From Eledone cirrhosa (taxonomy: Eukaryota), in contig OZ024741.1 of NCBI GenBank assembly GCA_964016885.1, forward strand, positions 373,922,001 to 373,986,000: 64,000 nt of DNA. The letters run 5' to 3'. The translations under genes and the position numbers were made by a program. Of the stretch, positions 55,920 to 64,000 are shown piece by piece. The notes below the pieces were generated by a model. It saw nothing but the letters and a program-made list of their open reading frames with translations, had not been told where the DNA came from and did not search any database. Every line of letters begins with the position of its first letter. Position 1 is the stretch's first letter.

Positions 55920-56167
55920 TTTCTTTATTAACCACAAGGGTTTACATAAAGTAGACATTAAGGACAGTGCAGGACAATACAGGACGGTACAAATGGGCAT
56001 TTTTGCGTGTAAAAAACAAAAACAGAGGGTGTAACAAAAAATAACAATGAAAAATTCCCCAATAGGGGGGAGACCTCCGAGGGACATTTGTGGAGAAAGC
56101 CCAGTAAAAAGCCACAATGACCCTGACCACCAAGGCAAGTGCCCTCTCCCAGTTTTCCACCTTTAAT

Positions 56168-59100
56168 TTACAGATATATACTCAGAGTAGGCCCATTCAC
56201 TCGGGCCATTCTTGCTTCTCTCACCCATCTTTCAACAAAATGCTGGGAAGAGAGCACTTCCCTCTCTACTCTGATTTTCCTTTTCAAATGAAATTTGAAA
56301 AAGTCAATCAGAGCATCACCGAAGAGGTAAGTGCTCGTCTTCAGCCCTTTCAAACGTGTCCACCATACTATCTCTTTCGCCATGGCCACCAGACAGATAA
56401 AAACTGCCCGCCCTTCCCGGCTAAAGGAGGAGGGCGGGGTAATCCTCACGATGGACTCAGATGATAGCCGGATCCGTCCTAAACGCGACAGCAGGTGTTC
56501 GACATAAACCCACAAGTCAGCAATTTTCGGACACTGGACGAGTGCGTGCAGGACGGTTTCGTCGCCCTGCGCGCATCTCGGACATGCCCGGCTGACGGCA
56601 CCTCCATGCCTGTAGAGTTTATCCCGAACTGGCAAGGCTCCTCGGTAGCACTGCCAGGCCAGAGATTTCTGGAAGTTGTCCATAGGCCCTGGCCCGAAAG
56701 TTCTTCCGAAGAGATTGGCTAGTTGATTTTCGTCGACGCCTAGAGTTTCCCCAAGTACGTCGTCGCTCTTCCCCTCCACTAATCCTCTATAGAACGCCGA
56801 GGTGGAGTTTCCACCGATCACATTGCCCGATTGGTCGAGGGCTGTGAGCGCCTGAAGACATTCCAGTCTCCAGGCGCTCCCTCTCGGTCTTCGCTTGACC
56901 CAGGACTGCAGCTCCGTCAAGGAAACGAGCTGGGGAAATACGTGTCTAGCAAACGGCGACCACACCTGATCACCGTCGAGGAAGAGGTGGAGATGTCGTA
57001 GCCTGAGCGCGTGCCTGCGCATCATCAGCGACGGCATGCCCAGCCCTCCACGTAGCGCGTGTTGACAACAGATGGACCGCCTGACCATCGGAGCGCGTCC
57101 CTTCCACAAAAAGCGAAAGAGCAAACGCTCCAGCGCAGTCAGGCGAGGCTTAGGACAAGGTACGACGGTCAGGCGGTAGCAGATGACAGACGCGATGTAC
57201 GCGTTAGCCACCTCCGCTCGACCTTTCAGGGTTAGCTTCCTCTCCGCCCATTTCTGGGTGAGAGAAGCCACCCTGCTCGTCACCTCGTCCCAGTTTTTGT
57301 CCGTCTGGAGGTCTGGACGAACCAGACCCCTAGCAATTTAACCGGTCCGTCCGTCCAGCGTCCGACGACGCTGTTGGACGGCATGGACCTGCCTCTCCAG
57401 GTGCCGAGCTGCAGGCCCACTGACTTTTCCTGGTTGATCATTGCTCCTGTCACCGCTTCGTATTCTCTTAGTGTAGTGCCGATCGCCTCGATGTGTTTGG
57501 CGTTCGACACCACTACGGTGACATCGTCCGCATATGCTGACATGGATCTTCCGCATCCTAGTTCGCGCGGGACTCCCCTCAACGTTTCCAGTTTGTGCAG
57601 TAATGGCTCGAGAGTCAATACGTACAAGAGGGACGAGAGGGGACATCCTTGGCGGACCGAGCGCATGATGTTGAACGGTTCCGACAGGTGACCGTTCACT
57701 CTCACCACAGAGCAGATGTCGCTGTGCATGGCAGCGATCCAGCCTCTGAAGACGGGCCCAAAGCCAGCCGCCCTCAGGACTGCCGCTAGGTAACGATGGT
57801 CGACCCTATCGAAAGCTTTCGACTGATCAAATTGATCAAGGACCCACCCGTGCCAGGTTCCTTAGCTACCCTCTCTACGATGTATCGCATGAGGTGGAGG
57901 TTGTCGTGGATGGATCTGTCGGGAATGGCGCATGTCTGCGCCTCTCCCACCAGACCACCAACGACAAGCGCCAACCTCTTTGCTAGCACCTTGGCCAAAA
58001 TCTTGAACTCTGTGTTTAGCAGAGTTATGGGCCAGAAATTATCTATGTTATCCCCCTTGTTCGGATCCTTTCTCAGCAATGCCACCGCTCCTCGGCTCAC
58101 AGAACTGGGAATTCTCCCGTTCTGTTGCCAGTTGCAGTAGACGTCCGCCAAGAGGCCTCCGAACAAGTCTGGCATCTGTACGTAAAGTTCATAGGGCAGA
58201 CCATCCAAACCAGGCGATTTACCCCTTGTGCAGCCAGTCATTGCCTCCCTTACTTCAGCGGCTGTTATCGGCTTTTCGCAACACTTCGCCTCAGTGGCCG
58301 AGAGCCGCGGCAGTCCGTCGAGGTAGACACTAAAGTCCATCCCTCGACCCGGCCCACCGCTGCACCCGAACAGCTGAGCGAAGTGTCGCTGAAAAGCTTC
58401 ACACATTTGCCCGGGATCGAGTAGCATGCGCCCGTCGTGGTCCACCAAAGACCGGATCGTGGCTTTGTTGCCACGACGCGCCTCCGCCACTCGGGCCCAT
58501 TGAACGGCTTTCATCCCCTCGTGTCTGAGAGCACGCACCCTTGCTCTGACAACGCAGCCTTCGTGCTTTGCATTGAAGAATTGGTCAAGGGCCAATTTCG
58601 CCGCAAGCACGTCGGTCGCAATGCCTTTGCTAAGCGCCTCGTCTAATTTTCTAACTAGTTCTCCCTCTGCTTTATTTTTCTCTATTGCTAAAGCCTTACT
58701 AAACCTAATCGATTCTATTCTAATCGCTCTTTTCAGAGAAAACTACCACTTGTTGTTGACGATGGCCCCCGTCAACGCCCGCTTAACTAGTTCGCTAATC
58801 TGGTCTCTGTAGGCCTTGCGCGCTGGTAAGGACCCGTTTAGCTTCCAGTAGCCGGGTCCTCGTCTATGAAGCCTATCTAAGTCAAGCACACAGATCACGA
58901 ATTTGTGGTCCGTGTAGCTGACTATCTTGAATTGTGGACAGCCTATGCTAGACCTATCTATTTCCCTACAAAATACTCTATCTAGATATGATCTGGATGA
59001 CCCTATGAGATTTGTCCAAGTCCACATTGGCACATTCGGGAAATCCAATCGGTACCTGTCAGACAGTTCAAAACGCCTGAGCATGTTGGTGAGGCTCTTG

Positions 59101-59585
59101 CACCCTCCATCCCTATCCGCTAATCCCACACAGTCCCAGCGTGCATCTAAGATCCCGTTCCAGTCGCCCACTAACACTAAAGAGCGGGACGTTCCAAGAA
59201 AGGTCTCCAGACGCCGGAAGAAATCAGGCCGCCCTGCTCCTGTCGGGGCATAGACGGCCACTAGCCAGCAGCTTGCCCGTCTCCGCTGGTCACGTCCAGC
59301 ACCACCAGCTTACCCTCTGGGTCCAGGAAGATGGCCCGTATGGCGAGATCCAAACCTCTCCGAAAAAGCACAGCAACTCCACCCCCCCGATCCAGGACGG
59401 CTGGGAGATGCGTACACATCGTAGCCGCCAAAGATCGGTGCGAAGGCCCGTGCTTCGGAGATTCTGGTCTCGCCGATGGCCACTACATCTATGTTTAGTG
59501 ACTTGAGGTCGTTGAGCAGGTGACCCTGCTTCCATGACGACCCCAAGCCACGCGCATTTATGCTGCCTATTCTGAGTGTGGTCAT
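56168..59585 (-). pseudogene. Tx1 ORF2 (APE endonuclease, RT, zf-RVT), frameshifted
   Basis: INARGL, VYAP, GDWN, YLDR and TDH (APE). KSPGLDGL, PITLLN, RQGCPLS and YADD (RT). CPRC..ETVLHALVQC. Confidence 0.92.
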
Positions 59586-59620
59586 GTTTAAAATAGAGTG
59601 TAAAAGATGGGAAAGACCAC

Positions 59621-60816
59621 TTACCGTACTTTTGGTAGAGGAGGGATGGTTTTTACATCCCTTTTCACTTGATCGTCTGGTGAAGGGACCGTTGAATCGT
59701 CCCTTCGGCTGGTCGTCGGCTCTTCTAAGAGAATGTCTGAATATACTCTTCGATTGATAGTTCCTCCTAGGTCCCTGAAATCACCAACTGCGTTGGGGAA
59801 TTTCGTTTTAATGTTTGTGTATTGTTTCTGTGCTATTTTTAGCAGTCTTATGTTAGTTGGCGTTTTGATTGGTGCTGGTATTATGTAGTCGTGTTGTGAA
59901 ATGTCTGTGTGTTCAATTATGTAAGTCATTAGTTTCTTGTTGTGTGTATTTATTGCTGTGCATTTGTTTTTCTGGGGGTGGGGTGTGGTTCTGCTATTTT
60001 CTTGTCGTTGTTGCTGGGTGTGTGTGTTTTGTTGTTGTGTTTGCGATGTTGGTGCTTGTGGTGGTGGTGTTGAAGGTGTTGTTGGCGGTGGGGTTTTCGC
60101 CGGTGGTGATGGTGGTGCTAGTGTGGGTGGTGATGGTGTTGGTGGTGTTGCTGCTGTGAGTCTCTTTGCAGTAGACTTTACCCTTTTCTCATTTCTTTCC
60201 TCCCTTTTCAAAGGCGACGATGCGCTGCTTCTGCGTTTGTGCCTTCTTACGACCTTTTGCCATCCCTCTCCCACCTCACACTCCATGTCTGATTCTGTGA
60301 GGTCGGGGAAGGGTACCAGCTCCACTCTTTCACTTGTTGTTGTTGGTGATGTTTGCACTGGAGTCTCTGTTGCAGCTGCATTTGGTATTGCTGTTGTTGT
60401 TGTTAATATTTCCACTGCTGCTGCTGTTTTTGATTTCCGTGGCGTGGGTATGGGTGCCACGGACCTATCGTTCCTGGTTGCCGCTTGTCCTGTTGCTGGT
60501 AGCCGTGGAGCCGGTTTCGGAAGGAGGGGGGTTTCTCCTTTCTCAGGGTCTTCTCGTTGCAGAAGGCCCTGAGGTGAGTCTTCGATCCACAGCGAAAGCA
60601 TTTCGGGCGTTTTCCCTCAACACTTATGGGCAGTTGAGTGCCGTTATTGAAGTCTAACACATCCGGGATAGCTTCGATGCACTCCTGGTTGGTTTGGATT
60701 AGCATCTCAATGGAGGTGCCGACCCAATCTTCTCTTACTTTTTCTGTACTTGCAGTACAGTTGTTTTGTCCTCGATTCCGACGAGGACAGACGCGGCCAG
60801 CCAAGAAGGGGCCATG

Positions 60817-60876
<60 letters not shown>

Positions 60877-61791
60877 AGTTTGACCCTCACAATTTTTTTG
60901 CCCGCAGTAGGAGGGCACCAACACCATTTCCTCGCTCCTTAGGGTCACTACGGATTGGGCCTTTGCCTCCTGGGGTGTGGCAAAAAGTACGTCTACGGTG
61001 GCATATTTTTTGCCTCGGGTGATGTGCGTTTTCCGCTGCCACACAGACCCCAAGGCTTTTTGTATTTGAGCCTCTGTGGCTCTTTCCACCCTACGGGATT
61101 TTGTACTTACTGTACGGTACGTGACCGTACAGTGCTGTTGGGTTTCGAAAAATGTTTCCGCTGCCTTGCAGATTGCTCGGTGTCCATTCTTTGTCACCAT
61201 CTTCTTCGCTTCCTCTAATTCCTCATTTGTTATGAGGATTGTTTCCAAGTTTTTCGCAATACCTTCAAATGAGATTGGTTTTTCTTTGCTGCTGTTGTTG
61301 TTGTTGTCGTCAGAGCTGCTGTTACTTTTGTTGTTGCTGCAGGTACTACGACTACTGCCTCCGCCGCTGTTGCTGTGGTTGTTGTTGGTGTTGCTGCTGC
61401 TAATGCTGTTGTTGTTTGTGCTGCTGGTGATGCTGTTGCGGCTGCTACTGTTGTTTTCATTGTCACTGTTGCTGTTGTTATTACGGCTGCTACTGCTATT
61501 ATTCCTGACGTCAGACGAATGAACTGGGTTTTCGTATTTCCCGCACACCTGTTTCGTCGCTGTCGTCGTCGTCGTGGAGAAACCTTGCACGCTTTGCACG
61601 AGACTTTTCTTTTCTTTCGTCGCTTGCGAAAGAGAAGGGAGGGAGAGAGACACATTTAAAGAAGGGAGGGAGAGAGACACATTTAAAGAAGGGAGGGAGA
61701 GAGACAATCTTCTCTCTGCTGTAGTGATGATTGAGGAAAAAGAAGACGGAATGAGTGGGAGTGACCTATGAAATTTCTTTTTCGTAGCCAT
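59621..61791 (-). pseudogene. Tx1 ORF1 (zinc knuckle), with apparent frameshifts including one near the poly-G run at about 60818-60874
   Basis: CFRCGSKTHLRAFC knuckle, Ser/Asn-rich and Pro/Thr-rich low-complexity segments, directly upstream of ORF2. Confidence 0.78.
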
Positions 61792-62008
61792 GTTGTTTTT
61801 TTTTTGTTTAAAATAAATATTGGGTACAAAACCCCAATAAGCAGTTATTTAACCCCGAAGGGCCAAATAACGGGCAGAAAGACCCCTCTCACGAGGAGGA
61901 GGGTGTTTTTGTCTACAAGTTGGTCTAAGTTTTAAACAATTTACAATTGTTATAGCGTTCAAAATTTACAATACCTTACAGAGCCGAGCCTCCATCAACC
62001 ATAGCATT

Positions 62009-62820
62009 CAATAATAATAATAATAATAATAATGATTTCTTTATTAACCACAAGGGTTTACATAAAGTAGACATTAAGGACAGTGCAGGACAATACAGGA
62101 CGGTACAAATGGGCATTTCTGCGTGTAAAAAACAAAAACAGAGGATGTAACAAAAAATAACAATGAAAAATTCCCCAATAGGGGGGAGACCTCCGAGGGA
62201 CATTCGTGGAGAAAGCCCATTAAAATAGACACGGTGACCCTGACCAGCAGGGCAATTGTCCTCTCCCAGTTTTCCACCTTCAATTTACAGGCTTATACTC
62301 AGAGTAGGTCCATTCACTCGGGCCATTCTTGCCTCTCTCACCCATCTTTCAACAAAAAGCTGGGAAGAGAGCACCTCCCTCTCTAACCTGATTTTCCTTT
62401 TCAAATGAAATTGGAAAAAGTTAATCAGGGTATCACCGAAGAGGTAAGTGATCGTCTTCAGCCCTTTCAAACGTGTCCACCATACTATCTCTTTCACCAT
62501 GGCCACCAGACAGATAAAAACTGCCTGCCCTTCCGGGCTAAAGGAAGAGGGCGGGGCAATCCTTACGATGGACTCAGCTGATAGTCAGATCCGTTCTACA
62601 CGCGACAGCAGGTGTTCGACATAAACCCACAAGTCACCAATGCTCGGGCACTGGACGAACGCATGCAAGATCGTTTCGTCGCCCTGCGCGCATCTCGGAT
62701 ATGCCGGCTGACGGTACCTCCATGCCTGTAGAGTTTATCCCGGATTGGCAAAGCTCTTCGGTAGCACTGCCAGGCCAGGGATTTCGGGAAGTTGTCCATA
62801 GGCCCTGGCCCGAAAGTTCT
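62009..62820 (-). mobile_element. Second, 5'-truncated Tx1 copy in head-to-tail tandem
   Basis: Highly similar to 55890-56705, with its own (ATT)n tail. Confidence 0.92.
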
Positions 62821-63318
62821 ATGAGATCACATCTCAATCTTGTGGAACTTTAGCATCCAAACAAACCGAAAAATAGATGCAAATAGACCTGATATAATAT
62901 TGAAGGACTTTAAAAAGAGGGTATGCCTGCTAATTGATATGTCCGTTCCAATAGACAAGAATGTATCTATAAAAACATTTGAAAAATTGAGCAAGTATAA
63001 GGACCTAGAGATAGAAATTGGAAAAATGTGGAAATTGAGAACTAAAACAATACCAGTGGTTGTAGGCGCTCTAGGAATGATACCTAAGGGGTCTAATGAT
63101 TATTTATCGCAAATCCCAGGAAACCCGCGTATATGAGAAATACAAAAGATAGTACTAATGGGAACTGCCCATATACTAAGGAAGATTCTGTCAATATAAG
63201 TACATCACAAGTCTAAACACCTAAAGATGCATGTGTGTGTATGTATGTTCTTTCTTGAACATGGCGGACCTTGTTGTCTCTTGAGGTCACTGGTTGTGAC
63301 TTGGTGATAACTCGTATG

Positions 63319-63369
<51 letters not shown>

Positions 63370-63370
63370 T
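62821..63370 (+). mobile_element. Dong/R4-like RLE LINE 3' end with (TAA)n tail
   Basis: NRPDIILKD..LIDMSVP..KLSKYKDL..PVVVGALG (ORF 62840-63136), (TAA)n at 63319-63368. Confidence 0.85.
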
Positions 63371-63812
63371 AATGTTATTAATATTTTATTCGTTTGCAAG
63401 CAAACAGCCTCATAACGCCATGTGTTTTAGACGACTATCATCACCCTTTTGTTCTAGCGGTAGCAGAGAGAAACAATCGACAATTGTTTCAGAGTTATTG
63501 CCTCTTGTTAAGGTTGTGTGTTTTTCCCTTTTCTGCTCCACACTCGAACTCTTGAGAATATATAGTATTCTCTAACGTATACTTCAGCTGATTAGACTAA
63601 TTTGCATACTGAATACTATATATTGTCAAGAGTTCCAGTGTGTAGCAGAAAAGGAAGAGAGATACACAATCTTGACAAAGGGCAATAACCCTGAAGAATT
63701 GTCGAGTGTTTCTCTCTGCTACCACTAGAGCAACAAGGTGATGATAGTCGTCTGAAACACATAACGATGTGAGGATGTTTGCTTGCAAACGAATCGAATA
63801 TTAATAATGTTA
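63371..63812. mobile_element. Inverted-repeat element related to the 9.4-kb HHR family
   Basis: Arms about 63371-63572 / 63611-63812, shared tail ttgcaaacgaatcgaatattaataa, degenerate (G)TGATGA..GAAAC motif at about 63738-63760. Confidence 0.6.
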
Positions 63813-63917
63813 TCATAATATTATATAAAAGTTATTATAATATTATATATTATACGATCTATTGTTCGTGAAGAAATAGAGTCAACATGGGATACAAAGA
63901 AAAATTGAAAACAAAAG

Positions 63918-63949
<32 letters not shown>

Positions 63950-64000
63950 AAATGTGTGTAATCCTTGGTAGAGTTAGGTATATTAAGACAGGGGGGAAGA

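Larger units (their letters stand above)
55887..62008 (-). mobile_element. Near-full-length Tx1/L1-clade LINE with (ATT)n tail
   Basis: ORF1 with a CCHC knuckle, ORF2 with APE, RT and a C-terminal zinc motif, 3' UTR 55918-56167, tail 55887-55917. Confidence 0.92.

Noticed and set aside
59615-59630. Perfect splice donor (CG|GTAAGT) overlapping the Tx1 ORF1 stop
   Set aside because: Single short motif with no matching acceptor evidence, likely chance

Overview
Eukaryotic, AT-rich, repeat-saturated intergenic or intronic DNA. The microsatellite load and SINE types suggest a cephalopod (Octopus-like) genome, which is an inference. No intact host gene is recognisable, and most listed ORFs are microsatellite read-through. 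The window holds decayed non-LTR retrotransposons of four clades (R4/Dong-like, CRE-like, Tx1/L1, RTE), many tRNA-headed SINEs, hAT-type MITEs, Helitron and pogo remnants, a 32-bp minisatellite and a 200-N gap. The most notable signal is a hidden layer of small, mostly (TA)n-associated elements built around minimal type I hammerhead ribozymes (HHRs), resembling Penelope-like pseudo-LTRs. There are 3-4 complete-core HHRs and several degenerate ones. About nine fold-back palindromes have their symmetry axis in what looks like HHR stem II, so the GAAA half is mirrored and the CUGANGA half is lost. A shared RG(C/T)ACT(C/A) tail motif links otherwise unrelated families, and one HHR family has a recurrent SINE insertion site. 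Boundaries were read by eye and are approximate.
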